DNA from: the human T2T-CHM13v2.0 reference genome, Homo sapiens
Strand: one strand, 5' to 3'
Assembly: GCF_009914755.1 (NCBI RefSeq)
Contig: NC_060947.1
DNA: 64,000 nucleotides
In this document: positions 1 to 16,605 of the stretch, piece by piece
Position numbering within the stretch: the first letter of the stretch is position 1
Layout: each line of letters opens with the position of its first letter
The notes under the pieces: generated by a model
Told to the model about the DNA's origin: nothing
The model's database searches: none
The model's input: the letters and a program-made list of their open reading frames with translations, nothing else
Position numbers and translations under genes: made by a program

Positions 1-1092
1 AGAATGCTAATACTGAACCCAAATGCCTGGAGTGACTTCTAATTGCAGCTCCATCTGAAAAGAAGAAAAATAGCAACCTTGGCTTTCCAATGTCAACCAG
101 CTGGGGAACAAGGATTGGATTTCCACCCAAACTTTGCTTTGCAAAGCAGTATACTCCTGAGTGGCCAATGCCTTGGGTTCATGGAAAGTCAAGGTTGTAG
201 TATTGCTGTAGTGCTGGAGAAAACCCCAACTCCCAAGTTAGACACAGAGAAAACCCACATTATTTTTGTCCTCACCTCATTGTTTTCTCCCAGCTATATG
301 CTCCCCTTTTTCACCTGTCTGCCAGTTTTTTTTTGGTAGGGTTAGAGGGAAACAACACGATGAGTATCTTGACCTATGGACTATGGGTTTAGATTAGAGA
401 GGGGTTCTCCATGTAAATCTGCATAAACATGTTGTTATTGCACTTATTTCTAAATCCTTTTTCAAATATCCATCTCCTGGGAAAATATTCTTGAAAAGGC
501 TAGAGACATTGTTGATTTTTTTTGCCAGGTGATTTTGTCTTTTTTTTTTTTTTAATGCTTTTCACCCCAAATCTAGTAAAAGGAATAGTTTGTACCTTGT
601 TCATTTGACCAGTGTAACATACAGACCTGGAGCATGAGGTAACTTGGCAGGCCTGTGAACAGACCTGTGCCAAAGCCCTACCAAAAGTCCTTTTGGAGCT
701 GGAGTTTGGGGATCGCAGACGGCCGTGAATGGCAGTGAGGGCGAGAGGAACTATTGAGTGACAGGATCTGCCGTCACTGCCTGCCTTGGTTTTGCTAAAG
801 TGGTTACTGGGGAAGGATTTTATAGGAAGGGGAACTGGTGCCTATCCCTGGCATTTCCCCTTTTTACACCTGCCCAAGGAGGCTCTCCTCCTACATACCT
901 TCCTGTCCTTGCCTAAGGAAGTTCCCTAACTCCACCCAAGCTGGGAATGCCTTGGTTGCAGATACTGTGCAGAAAAGAAGTAGGAAATAATGCCTTATGA
1001 CGGCCCCCAAGTTGAGCTCTGTGTCCACTATGAGTTCGGGGTGGGGATCAGGACTCTATAGTTTCCCTTTGTTCCTCTGGGTAGGAATATGA

Positions 1093-1630
<538 letters not shown>

Positions 1631-2201
1631 ATATAATGGAAAGCCAAGGCATCAGGTCAAGCACAGTATCAACTAATGACATCCCATACCCATGGGGATG
1701 CCACTTCCTTCTAGGTCAGCCTCTTGCTACCCCCATCCCCATTCTAGGAATGCAGGATGAGGAAAGTGAGGTCAGGCCTCACCCTGCTCATTCCCAGTTG
1801 TGTTCCCATAGGTAGGCATGTGAGAAGCAGCAGCTGTGGCTTGCTATCTTTCCACGAGAGGTTGGCAGTGCCAAGATTCAGTTTTAGCTTTGAAGGCCTG
1901 GCTCAGTCCATTGAGTTGCTGTAGCTTCTGCTGTTGACAGAGGTGCATGTTGCATTTGAATGAAGTCCCCAGGGCTCCTGGACATTGTTTGACTTGCATT
2001 TCTCTTTCTGTTGGGGCTGCTGGAAACCTCTGAGAGCCTACTTCTGAGTGTCCCATTCTCAACGGCTCAGGTGTCCACTAAATCAACTCTCTGGGAGGTG
2101 GTGGTGAGAGTGGCAAACTGAAAAACGCATTGGATTATTTTGCCTCAGAAGTACTATCTATGAAACCGGGGTGGCTCCAGCGCTGACTTCTTGCTTTCTA
2201 A

Positions 2202-2498
<297 letters not shown>

Positions 2499-2542
2499 TG
2501 ACTTGGAAAAACCTGGAGAGTGGGAAGGGAACAGTCTATTCA

Positions 2543-3070
<528 letters not shown>

Positions 3071-3414
3071 GCACTAATCTCAGTTACATGGGCAAGAGCT
3101 CAAAGTTCAAGGACTACTGTCACCACCACAGACTATTCTTGGGAAGCCAAGTGGTGGGCCTGACTAGCTTTTGTTTTGTGTTGTGCCATGAATATTAGTG
3201 GTGGGCCTGAGATACTTAGCCAAGTATCTCCCCACCAAACAGTGCCACATCATCTCTACTTTCTCAGATCTCTGGAGAGGCAAATTATTCACATGCTCCC
3301 CCACCCCAAAAGAAAGAGGCTATGATTATGGTGTGTGTAACCATACACAATTTTTTAAAATTGCTTACATGTCTTTGATTTCACAGCTGTGACTTACTGG
3401 CTTAGAGGAGAGGC

Positions 3415-3605
3415 TCCCTGCTCTGTCATTTACTGGCTGTTGACCTGGATGGAGCAAGTGACATTCTCTGCTACTGTTTTCTTGTCAGTAAAATAGAGAA
3501 CAGTGTACCTACTCCATAGGGTTGTCATGATTAATTGAGAAAAATCTGTTTAACACCTGGAATAGTGCCTGGCATATAATAGATACTCAGTAAATGTTAA
3601 CTATT
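3415..3605 (+). mobile_element. MIR
   Basis: ctctgtcatttactggctg...gtaaaatagag...atagggttgtcatg...gtgcctggcatata. Confidence 0.8.
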
Positions 3606-6147
3606 TTTTTTTCCTTGTAGACCAGAGGTCCAGAAGGAAACTTTGGGTCTATGGACCTCTGAGGATGTTCTATATATGGATTCTAATAGATGTATTAATG
3701 TCTCGAAGTTGTATGTTAAAGTATGTGGGTTTTCCAGGACAAGGTCCACATCCTTTAGCAGATTCACAAATGTGTCTGTTTTCCAAAAGAGCATTAAAAG
3801 GAGGCTGAGATATTTGCACAAAAATTAAGACGGTTGGCAGGCTGCTGTTCGTTGTGCTGGCGGGTCCTGCGGGGAGGGCTGTGGAGCTCCAGATGGACTA
3901 AAGAACAAACCAGCAATCCCGAGAGGGCCCACAGTCCCTCTGAAGGAAGCGGGTTGCTTCTGCAGGACCCAGGAGACACCCCAAATACTCTGGGAGGCAA
4001 ATAGCCTCGGTCGAGTTCTCAAGTCCCTCTCACTCTCCTCCTGGAAACAGACTTGGAGCTGTTGGGGAGGGCACGGTGGAAGTGAGACTGGCCCTTCAGT
4101 TTGCATGGGAGCTGGGTGAGGCCTGTGACTGCTGTATTTCCCCAACTTCCCTGGTAACCTGCATGACTCAGCAAAGGCAGCCATAATCCTCCTAGGTACA
4201 CAACTCCAGTGACCTGGGAATCTCACCCCCATCCCCCACAGCAGCTGCAGCAAGACCTGCCCAAGGAGAGTCTGAGCTCAGACATACCTAGCCCTGCCCC
4301 CACCCAATGGTCCTTCCCTACCAACCCTGGTAGTGGAAGACAAAGGGCATATAATCTTGGGAGTTCTAAGGCCCTGCCCACCGCTGGTCCCTCTCCACAC
4401 TACCACAGCTGTTGTTTTCTGGAAAGCACCACCTCCTGGCAGGAGACCAACCAGCACAAAAATAGAGCATTAAACCACCAAAGCTAAGAAGCCTCATGGA
4501 GTCCATTGCACCCACCACCACCTCCACCAGAACAGGCACTGGTATCTATCTACTGAGAGACCCATAGATGGCTCACATCACAGGACTCTGCAGACAACCC
4601 CCAGTACCAGCCTGGAGCCGGGTAGACTGTATGGGTGGCTAGACCCAGAAGAGAGACAACAATCACTGCAGTTCAGCTCACAGGAAGCCACACCCATAGG
4701 AAAAGGGGGAGAGTACTACATCAAGGGAACACCCCGTGGGGCAAAAGAATCTGAACAACAGCCTTTAGCCCTAGACCTTCCCTCTGACAGAGCCTACCCA
4801 AATGAGAAGGAACCAGAAAACCAACCGTGGTAATATGACAAAACAAGGTTATTCTAACACCCCCCCCCAAAAACCACACTAGTTCACCAGCAATGGATCC
4901 AAACCAAGAAGAAATCCTTGATTTACCTGAATAAGAATTGAAGAGGTTAGTTATTAAGCTAATCAGGGGGATACCAGAGAAAGGCAAAGCCCAATGCAAG
5001 GAAATCCAAAAACTGGCACAAGAAGTGAAGGGAGAAATATTCATGGAAATAGGTAGCTTAAAGAAAAAACAATAAAAAATTCAGGAAACTTTGGACACTC
5101 TTTTAAAAATGCAAAATGCCCTGGAAAGTCTCAGCAATAGAATTGAACAAGTAGAAGAAAGAAATTCAGAGCTTGAAGACAAGGTCTTCAAATTAACCCA
5201 ATCCAACAAAGACAAAGAAAAAAAGAATAAGAAAATATGAACAAAGCCTCCAAGAAGTCTGGGATTATGTTAAACCACCAAACCTAATAATAATCGGTGT
5301 ACCTGTGGAAGAAGAAAATTCTAAAAGTCTGGAAAATGTATTTGGGGGAATAATCGAGGAAAACTTCCCCGGCCTTGTGAGAGACCTAGATAGCCAAACA
5401 CAAGAAGCACAAAGAACACCTGGGAAATTCATCACAAGCAGATCCTCACCTAGGCACATTGTCATCAGATTATCCAAAGTTAAGATGAAGGAAAGAGTCT
5501 TAAGAACTGAGACAGAGCACCAGCTAACCTATAAAGGAAAACCTATCAGATTAAAAGCATATTTCTCAGCAGAAACCCTAAAAGCTAGAAGGGACTGGGG
5601 ACCTATCTTCAGCCTCCTCAAGCAAAACAATTACCAGCCAAGAATTTTGTATCCAGTGAAACTAAGCATCACTTATGAAGGAAAGATAGACATTTTCAGA
5701 CAAACAAATGCTGAGAGAATTTGCCATTAGCAAGCTACCACTACAAAAACTGCTAAAAGGAGCTCTAAATCTTGAAACAAATCCTGGAAACACAACAAAA
5801 CAGAACCTCTTTAAGGCATAAATCACATAGGACCTATAAAACAAAAATACAAGTTAAAAAGCAAAAACAAAAACCAAAGTACACACGCAACAAAGAGCAC
5901 AATGAATGCTACGGTACGGTACACCACATTTCAATACTAACAATGTAAATGGCCTAAATGCCCCACTTAAAAGATACAGAACCGCAGAATGGATAAGAAC
6001 TCACCAACCATCTGCTGCCTTCAGGACACTCACCTAACACATAAAGACTCACATAAACTTGAAGTAAAGGGGTGAAAAAAAGGCGTTTCATGCAAATGGA
6101 CACCCAAAATGAGCAGGGGTAGCTATTTTTATATCAGACAAAACAAA

Positions 6148-6439
6148 TTTTTTTTTTTTTGAGACAGAGTCTCCCTCTGTCACCCAGGCTGGAGCGCAAT
6201 GGTGTGATCTCAGCTCACTGCAACATTCGCCACCGGGTTCAAGCGATTCTCCTGCCTCAGCCTCCTGAGTAGCTGAGATTACAGGCACGTGCCACCATGC
6301 CCGGCTAATTTTTGTATTTTTAGTAGAGACTGGGTTTCACCATGTTGGTCAGGCTGGTCTTGAACTCCTGACATCATGATCCACCCACCTCGGCCTCCCA
6401 AAGTGCTGGGATTACAGGCATGAGTCACTGCACCCGGCC
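6148..6439 (-). mobile_element. AluS (Sg-like) inserted in L1 ORF2
   Basis: Full Alu; TSD CAAAACAAA 6139-6147/6440-6448. Confidence 0.95.
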
Positions 6440-8379
6440 CAAAACAAACTCTAAAGCAACAGCAGTTAAAAGAGACAAAGAGGGACAGTATATAATGGTA
6501 AAAGGCCTTGTCCAACAGGAAAATATCACAATCCTAAACATATATGCACCTAACACTGGAAGTCCCAAATTTATAAAACAATTACGAATAGACCTAAGAA
6601 ATGAGATAGACAGCAACACAATAATAGTGAGGGACTTCAGTACTCCACTGACAGCACTAGACAGGTCATCAAGACAGAAAGTCAACAAAGAAACAATGGA
6701 TTTAAATTATGCCTTGGAACAAATGGACTTAACAGATACATACAGAACATTTTATCCAACAACTGCAGAATACACATTCTATTCAACAGTGCATGAAACT
6801 TTCTCCAAGATAGACCATATGATAGACCATAAAATGAGCCTCACTAAATTTAAGAGAACTGAAATTATATCAAGTACTCTCTGAGACCACAGTGGAATAA
6901 AACTGGAAATCAACTGTAAAAGGAACCTTCAAAACCATGCAAATAACATGGAAATTGAACAACCTGCTCCTGAATGAGCGTTGTGTCAAAAACAAGATCA
7001 AGATGGAAATTAAAAAATTCTTCAAACTGAATGACAATAATGACACAACCTATCAAAACCTCTGGGATACAGCAAAGGCAGTGCTAAGAGGATAGTTCAT
7101 ATCCCTGAGCACCTACATCAAAAAGTCTGAAAGAGTACAAACAGACAATCTAAGGTCACACCTCAAGGAACTAGAGAAACAAGAACAAACCAAACTCAAA
7201 CCCAGCAGAATAAAGGAAATAACCAAGATCAGAGCAGAACTAAATTAAATTGAAACAACAACAACAATACAAAAGATAAATGAAACAAAAAATGTTCTTT
7301 GAAAAGATAAGTAAAATTGATAGACCATTAGCAAGATTTATCAAGGGAAGAAGAGAGAAAATTCAAAAAACCTCACTAAGAAATAAAACAGGAGATACCA
7401 CAACTGACACCACTGAAATACAAAAGATTAGTCAAGGCTACTATGAACACCTTTATGCACTTAAACTAGAAAACCTAGAAGAGATGGATATATTCCTAGA
7501 AAAATACAATCCTCCTAGCTTAAATCAGGAAGGATGAGATACCATGAACAGACCAATAACAAGCAGCAAGATTGAAATGATAACTTAAAAATTGCTAACA
7601 ACAACAAAAAGAAGTCCAGGACCAGACAGATTAACAGCAGAATTCTACCAGACATTCAAAGAAGAATTGGTGCCAATCATTTTGACACTATTCCACAAGA
7701 TAAAGAGGGAACCCTCCCTAATTCATTCTATGAAGCCAGCATCACCCTAATAACAAAACCAGGAAAGGACAACCAAAAAAAGAAAACCACATTAAGGTAT
7801 GTCCCTTGTATGCTGATTTTGCTGAGAGTGTTAATCATAAAGCGATGCTGGATTTTGTTTAATGATTTTTCTGCATCTATTGAGATGATCATGTGATTTT
7901 TGTTTTGATTTCTTTTCAGTATTATGTTGGTTGTGGGTTTGTCATAATACTGAACGGGGAAAAGTTGAAAGCATTCCCTCTGAGAACTGGAACAAGACAA
8001 GGATGCCCACTCTTACCACTCCTTTTCAACACAGTACTGGATGTCCTAGCCAGAACAATCAGACAAGAGAAAGAAATAAAGGGCATCCAAATCAGTAAAG
8101 AGGAACTCAGATTGTCACTGTTTGCTGATGATATGATCGTTTACCTTGAAAACCCTAAGGACTCCTCTAGAAAGCTCCTAGAACTGACAAAAGAATTCAG
8201 TAAGGTTTCTGGATACAAGATTAATGTACACAAATCAGGAGCTCTTCTATACACCAACAGTGACCAAGCAGAGAGTCAAATCAAGATCCCCTTTTACAAT
8301 AGCTGCAAAAAAATAAAATATTTAGGAATATATCTAACCAAGGAGTCAAAAGACCTCTACAAGAAAACTACAAAACACA

Positions 8380-8753
<374 letters not shown>

Positions 8754-10448
8754 TCATGGATGGGTAGAATCAATACTGTGAAAACGACCATACTGCCAAA
8801 AGCAATCTACAAATTCAGTGCAATCCCCATCATTCTTCATAGAATTAGAAAAAAAACAATTCTAAAATTCATATGGACCCAAAAAAGAGCCTGCATAGCC
8901 AAAGCAAGACTAAGCAAAAAGAACAAATCTGGAGGCATCAAACTATCTGATTTCAAACTATACTATAAGGCCATAGTCACCAAAACAGCATGGTACTCGT
9001 ATAAAAATAGGCACATAGACCAATGGAACAAAATAGAGAACCCAGAAATAAACCCAAATACTTACAGCCAACTGATCTTCAACAAAGCAAACAAAAACAC
9101 AAAGTGGGGAAAGGACACCCTTTTCAACAAATGGTGCTGGGATAATTGGCTAGCCACATGTAGGAGAATGAAACTGAATCCTCATCTCTTTGTACAAAAA
9201 TCAACTCAAGATGGATTAAGGACTTAAGCCTAAGACCTGAAACTATAAAAACTCTAGAAGATAACATTGGAAAAACCCTTCTAGACATTGGCTTAGGCAA
9301 GGATTTCATGACCGAGAACCGAAAAGCAAATGCAATAAAAACAAAGATAAATAGCTGGGACAGCTGGGACCTAACTAAACTAAAGGGCTTTTGCATGGCA
9401 AAAGGAACAGTCAGCAGAGTAAACAGACAGCCCACAGAGTGGGAGAAAATCTTCACTATCTGTACATCTGACAAAGGACTAATATCCAGAATCTACAACA
9501 AACTTAAACAAATCAGTAAGAAAAAAACAATCCCATCAAAATATGGGCTAAGGACATGAATAGATAATTCTCAAAAGAAGATACACAAATGGCCAACAAA
9601 CATAAAGAAATGCTCAGCATCACTAATGATCAGGAAAATGCAAATCAAAACCACATTGAGATACCACCTTACTCCTGTAAGAATGGCCATAATAAAAAAC
9701 TCAAAAAACAGTAGATGCTGGCATGGATGTGGTGAACAGGGAACACTTCTACACTGCTGGTGGGAATGTAAACTAGTACAACCACTGTGGAAAACTGTGG
9801 AGATTGCTTAAAGAACTAAAAGTAGAACTGCCATTTGATCCAGCAATCCCACTGGGTATCTACCCAGAGGAAAAGAAGCCATTATTCAAGAAAGATACTT
9901 GCACATGCATGTTTATGGCAACACATTCACAATTGCAAAATCGTGGAACCAACCCAAATGCCCATCAACGAGTGGATAAAGAAACTCTGGTATATATATA
10001 CAATTGAATACTATGCAGCCATAAAAAGGAATAAGTTAACAGCATTTGCAGTGACCTGGATGAGATTGGAGACTATTTTAAGTGATGTAACTCAGGAATG
10101 GAAAACTAAACATTGTATGTTCTCACTGATATGTGGGAGCTAAGCTATAAGGATGCAAAGGCATAAGAATGATACAATGGACTTGGGGACTTGGGGGGAA
10201 AAGTGGGAAGGGGGTGAAGAATAAAAGACTACAAATACGGTGCAGTGTATAATGCTCGGGTGATGGTGCACCAAAATCTCAGAAATCACCACTAAAGAAC
10301 CTACTCATGTAACCAAATACCTCCTGTACCCCAATAACTTACGGAAAAATAAAATAAATTAAAAACAGAAATTAAGAAGATTGACCCAAGAGAAAATATA
10401 ACAAAAGTCTTTTTATTTATTTCATTTTTAAAAATAAAGTTAAATTCA

Positions 10449-10699
10449 TTTTGTTTTTGAGACAGAGTCTCACTTTGTCACCCGGGCTGGAGTGCAGTGG
10501 TGTGATTTCATCTCACTGCATCCTCTGCCTCCCAGTTCAGGCAATTCAGCCTCCTGCCTGGCAAATTTTTGTATTTTTAGTAGAGATGAGGCTTCACCAT
10601 GTTGGTCAGGCTGGTCTTGAACTCCTAACCTCAGGTGATCCACCCGCCTTGGCCTTCCAAGGTGCTGGGATTACAGGCGTGAGCCACTATGCCTGGCCC
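10449..10699 (-). mobile_element. AluS with internal deletion in the right arm
   Basis: Alu consensus with a jump cagcctcc|tgcctggcaaattttt. Confidence 0.9.
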
Positions 10700-12509
10700 T
10701 AAAAAAGTATTTTCATACACTACATGGTGGGATCCAGCGAGCAGAAACTGCTCAGATATTTCCTCGCCCTTTATGAGCACATATGCTTCTCATATCGATC
10801 ATGTGCATTTGTATTCTGAATGATCGTTGTTGGATGACTGAAAACGAGTAACACAGCCGTTACCTGAAATGTGGACCTTCTTTCTCTTAAAAAAAATTTT
10901 AGGTGCCAGATTTTCTCATAAGCTTTGGCAGACCTGATAACAAACAGCTCAGCAGGTGGAATGTTGAAGCACTCAAAGCAAGCCTCCCATGCTGTCAGGA
11001 GTTGGTGTGGGTGGAGTGGGCTAGGGTGGGAGGGGCTAAATGAGCAGGTTCCTTTCACTACTTCCCTCACCCCCTCATGATAGAATGGCAGGTGGGTTCT
11101 GGCAAAGCCAAGGTAGAAGATAGAGAAATCCTGCTTCCAGGCAGAGCAATGGGCTCCTGCAGGTAACACCGTTGTGGCTCTAAGCCCATGATGTGCGCTG
11201 TGGAGTAGACTTGACTTAGCCTGCTCAGAGACCAGGTCTTTGTTGTGCGTATCCTTCTTAACACTCCCTCCAACATCCAGGGGACAAGAAATCAAACATA
11301 CAGACTCATCCTGTTTGTGTTTTCTCTGAAAACTAAGAATCCTGAGGTGTAAGTTCTTTTGTTCCTCTGCTTTCTCCCTTTCATCTTGTTTGTCCTTGAA
11401 CTCAACAGGGGGCTTTGGAGGAGGTCTCAAAATTTGGTCCAAGAAATAAACACCAAGAGGATAAGACCCCCTTCCAGTTGGCTCACTCGAAATTTAAAAG
11501 CCATCATTTCCCTTATCCTGCCCCTCCGTTCTAAGTGAGACTTCAAAACAAAACAAAACAAAACCCTCTGTGCCTGGAGTAGCCATTGCATACACTGCTA
11601 AGTTATAGCTGGCCTCTCACTGCTTGATGGTGATAAGAAACCTACTAAATCTAGAAAGAACTTTGGATCTTGAGGTTCTGAAAACTGCAGCCATTGGTCA
11701 GAAGCATGTAGTTCCCTTTCCAACAGGGTTTGTCTATAAGTTAGACATTGGATGTTGACAGAGGCTATTTCAAACACATGCTTCAGCTTGAATTATGATA
11801 GCCTTGACAAAGCTTTTGATTCCACCTCTCCAGTGTTTTTCTTCTCTTTCTTGTTGTTAGGAATATGATTGGTTCTCTTATTACCCTCATGTGTCCTTGG
11901 GGGAGAGTGTCTGAGAGTAAAGAAAGTGTCTGAAACAATCTGTGGAGGTCATGAAATTAGACATTTGTACTACTTGTGCAAGATTTTAGTATGAAATCCA
12001 GTTTCATGGTGCTGCATTGGTAGAAAAACAAGTTAGAGTATGAATTTGTATACACGGATTCTAGAGAGAAAATTAGGAGAAGCAGGTTGTAAGTTCCACA
12101 GGGAAAAGGGTGAAAAGAGTGAATGGAACAATAATCGGAGGTGTGTAAGTGAGGACCATTCCAATCTCCAGGTCTCCCTTGCTGAACTGGGGGAGCTCTG
12201 TTGAGAGAAGTTACCCCCTAACTTCAACCCTTAAGAACTCTGCTCCTCAATCCTTAGTGGTTGCAAATTCTCCTTTGATATTTGCCTCGTGTGGTTACCT
12301 TAGCCATTGGGGGCCACCTCTGGGGCTGCTATGGAGCAGAACTTTTGGGGTGACAAAGACATTTTGAGATATGCAGTAAGAATGTTTGATATTTGAACCA
12401 GTTATCTAATGGCCCAGTGACCTCTTTGTCAATTCTAACAAGAAGCTTCATATTTAACCTAGTTTTAGCTACTCAAGTAGCTTGGTGTTAAGGATCTTGT
12501 CAGTTCACT

Positions 12510-12514
<5 letters not shown>

Positions 12515-12558
<44 letters not shown>

Positions 12559-12644
12559 ACTCTCTCTTCCTCCCTCCCTCTCTCTCCCTATTTCTCCCTC
12601 TCCTTCTCCCCTCCCTCCTCTCCTCCTCCTTTCCTCTTTGCTCT
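12515..12644. repeat. (TC)n microsatellite plus CT-rich tract
   Basis: ~19 TC units, then a nearly pure pyrimidine run. Confidence 0.95.
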
Positions 12645-13039
12645 CATTTGATAGCAAAAGAAAACAATACAAGGATGTAACTGGTGGGAAAAGATAGCTA
12701 TTTCCAGACAAGCCAAACATTTTATCTGGGCTGACATCAAACTGAAAGCATTTATTATTGCTATTGTTTACTCCATCACTGTAACAATGTAAAATGTTTT
12801 TTGTGTGAAAATCTGGCCCTGCTCTGATTTATAAATACCTCTTGGATGTGTTTTCTGAAATCGTTACCTAAAGTGGTAAAAAAATTCTAGTCAAGTTCTC
12901 TGTGTCTCTCTCTTTTTCAGAAGGAGGGAGAGAGGAGAGAGGGAGGGAGGAAAATGTGCATATGAGTGTGTGCATCTACATGTAGATGGATGATGTCTAT
13001 TTGGATGCAGAAATACATGCACACATTTGTTGCCGCATC

Positions 13040-13205
13040 ATAGAGTGAAGAAGAAAGATGGGCTTGAGAGTCAGATCTGACCTGACATCCCAAAGCCCTG
13101 CTACTTACCAGCTAGCTGTGTGATCTTAGGCAAGTTATTTTAACCTGTCTGGGTTTAAATTTTCTCAATAGTATAATGAAGCTAATCATAATTACCACCT
13201 CTTAA
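13040..13205 (+). mobile_element. MIR
   Basis: gagtcagatctg...agctgtgtgatcttaggcaagttattttaacct. Confidence 0.8.
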
Positions 13206-14472
13206 TATACAAAGTTAAGTATTGACACACCAAGAAATACAGCCAGAAAAATATATTCCATCTGTTCCAGTCACTTTGGCTGTGCAGAGAAGCAGAGTAG
13301 CCCTAAATATAGAAATGAATTGAGTATTGAAAAGTGTAATGTATTCTAAGCATCTGAACCCTGAACTATTTCAAAGGAATAATTATGCAGCATCTGTGGC
13401 CGCATTTGTGTTTGCTACCACTCAGTCAGGGGCATTTTAATCACAGCTTTTGCTAAGAGATTGCTGTGTCCTTTTGTGTGTGTTTTATTCATCTGCTCAC
13501 TAAATGTCAGTATTTATTGCAATTAATTAGCCAGCTATATCTTTGTTATTTTAGATAGATTACATTAGGTTACATTCTTAAATGAACAATAGGCCCAATT
13601 GCAAAATTCTCAGGAAAAATGGTTTTGCATATTAGTTGTAGATACAGATTCATCAATCATCTTCATCATTAGTACCATCAAATAATATAAGGCATTCAGA
13701 TTCACAGGACTAAGTTACCAAGGAAATGAGATATTTTGGTTTGGCTGCTCTGATAATTAGATCACAGCAGTGGTTCCAAATCACACTTTTGAAAAACATT
13801 TTAAATTGTGAAATACACACAGTGGAAAAGTGCATAAAATATAAATATGTTCTCTTAACAAAATATTGTAGAGAAGATACTTATGTAACCCCTCTCAGTT
13901 CAAGAAGTAAAATATTGCCAGGACCCAAGAAGCTACCCATATGCCTCTTCCCAATCAGGACTATCCTCCCTACCCCAACCACTATCTTGACTTTTATCTT
14001 GTTTCTCTTTTTAGCTTTACTACCCGAATATGTGTATCTAGGCGATGCAATCTAGTTTTGCCTATGTAAAAGCTTTATATAAACTGAATTATCCAGAATT
14101 TATTATTTCAATCTGGCTTCTTTTACTCAGTATTAGGATTTATCCATGTTATTGCATATAGGTAAAGTTTGTTCACTTTCATTATTGTATAATATCCCAT
14201 TATATGAATCCACCACAGTCTGTTTATCAGTTCTCTTATGGATGGATGTTTGGATTGTATCTAGTTAGGGGATATCATGGACAACATTGCTATAAACATT
14301 GTTTACATCTGCTGGTGCTTATAAGTGTTTGTTCATTTTCTGTTCGCTTCCTTCTCTTTTTCTTACTGACTTCTAGGGTGTCTATGTATGCTCTAGATAC
14401 AAGTTCTTTGCTAGTCGTATGTGTTGCAGATACCTTCTCCTACTCTGGCTTGCCTTTTTGCCCTCTTAATGA

Positions 14473-14809
<337 letters not shown>

Positions 14810-14934
14810 TAATACAGTCAAAATTATCAATCTTTTCATTTATAGACAGGGTCAGAATTCATTTTTTTTACCTTCAGGTCATAAAGATATTCTCCTATTT
14901 TATCTTTATTTTCTTTTATTTGACTAATTAATTT

Positions 14935-15039
14935 ATTTGAGACATGGGGTGTCAAACTCCTGGTCTCAAGCAATCCTCTTGCCTCAGCACCCCCGCCTCA
15001 AGTAGCTGGGATTAGAGGTGCCAGCCACTGTGCCTGGCT
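14935..15039 (-). mobile_element. FLAM/Alu monomer
   Basis: tcaaactcctggtctcaagcaatcctc...ccactgtgcctggc. Confidence 0.8.
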
Positions 15040-16217
15040 ATTTCATCTTATGAACGTTTTATTGTTCTGCTTTTCACATTTATTTTTACAGCCCACATGG
15101 AATTGATTTTTGCGAATGATATGAGAGATGATCCAATTTCATTTCCCCCTATAGATAGCCAACTCTCCTAATACCATTTATTGAGAATGCTATTTATGTA
15201 TTGAAAATCTTTACCCCATCTGCTTTGAAGTGGCACATTTGTCATAAATCAAGAATCCACGTCTGGATCTGTTTCTGGGCTTTCTGTTCTGTTCCCCGAG
15301 TCTATTTGTCCTTGTGCTAGTCATATACTGTTTTAATCACTGCAGCTTTATATGTTCTGTAATCTGGTAGAGTGAGTCCTCCCACATCGTTGCTCTTCAG
15401 ATGTATCTTGGCTCTTGGCCCTTTGCTTTTCCTTATAAAGTTTAGAAATCAACTTGTCAAGTTCTACAAAAATAAACAAATGAAATAACCCATTGAGGTT
15501 TTTTATTGGGACTTAGTTGTTTAATTTCTTTCAATGAGGTGTTTGTAGCTTTTTCCAATAGAGGTCTCCTACAACTGTTGTTAGATTTCTTCCTGGACAC
15601 TTGATTTTTAAAAGGAGTTGCAAATGTTATCTTTAAGATGATGACATTTCTAATGTCTATTGCTGGTATATAGAACTATAATTGTGTGTGCACGTGTGTG
15701 TGTATTTATCTAGTAACTTTGTTAATTCCATTCTTATTCTAATAATCATTTGTAGATTCTTTTAGATTTTTCTAAGTTCACCATCATATCATTTGTGAAT
15801 AATGACAGATTTGTTTTTTTCCTCTCCAGTTCTCATTTTTTTTCTTGCCTTAGTGCACTGAGACCTCCATAGTAAATAGTTTTTCTTTTTTAAATAACTT
15901 TGCTTTTTGGCCAATTTGATAACTAAAATTTATTAGTTTTAATTAATTTGTTAAACAAATTAACTACTTTTTAAACAGAATCATAAAATTCAAAAAGTAC
16001 CAAAAAGTTGAATACATGAAAAGTCTCTCTCCTCCTCCAGACCTCCATTGGCTTGTTAAAAATATCCCATTTCTGCTGGTCTCCTTGACCTGCTGAATCT
16101 GGAACTTTAGCCAGTGGAGCTTCACAATGTATGGGTTTTTTTGCTCCACACGTAACTGATATTTGAAGACCAATACAGTAAGTTTGCCTATGCAGAGATT
16201 AATGGGATTGTGTAACA

Positions 16218-16605
16218 CAGTGATCCTCAATCTTGGCTGTACATTAAAACCACTGGGAGGCTTAAAAAAAATTTCTGATGCCTGTCCTGTACACTGGGCC
16301 TACTGATCTGAATCTCTGTAGGTGCTGTAGTGGGCATCTAGAGTTTTCATAGGCTCCCCAGGTGACTGGGGGAGGCAGGAAGGAGGGCTTACAAAGGGGC
16401 ATGAGGAAACATTTGGGAGGGATGGGTATGTTTCCTATCTTGATTGTGGCGATGGTTTCATAAGTGTGTACATATGTCAGAACTTATCAAATTGTACACT
16501 TTACGTCTGTTCCATTTATTTTATGTCAATTTTGCATCAGTAAAGCTGTTTAAAGATAAAGCTGTTCAGGTGATTCTGATGCACAGCAATGGTTGAGAAT
16601 TATTG
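16218..16605 (+). mobile_element. MER5 (hAT-Charlie) with an old L1M 3'-end fragment (~16367-16556) inserted
   Basis: MER5 ends cagtgatcctcaa... and ...ggttgagaattattg; inner L1 3' end gggcatgaggaaac...cttgattgtggcgatggtttc...taaagctgtt; duplicated caggtga at both junctions. Confidence 0.75.

Noticed and set aside
3620-3800. Short inverted repeat agaggtcca...tggacctct
   Set aside because: Probably part of a decayed hAT-Charlie relic; too degenerate to assign and no evidence for an RNA gene
10771-11442. 223-aa minus-strand ORF in non-repeat intron
   Set aside because: Starts at TTG, has no ATG until the last residues, shows no recognisable domain or splice context; best explained as a chance stop-free stretch
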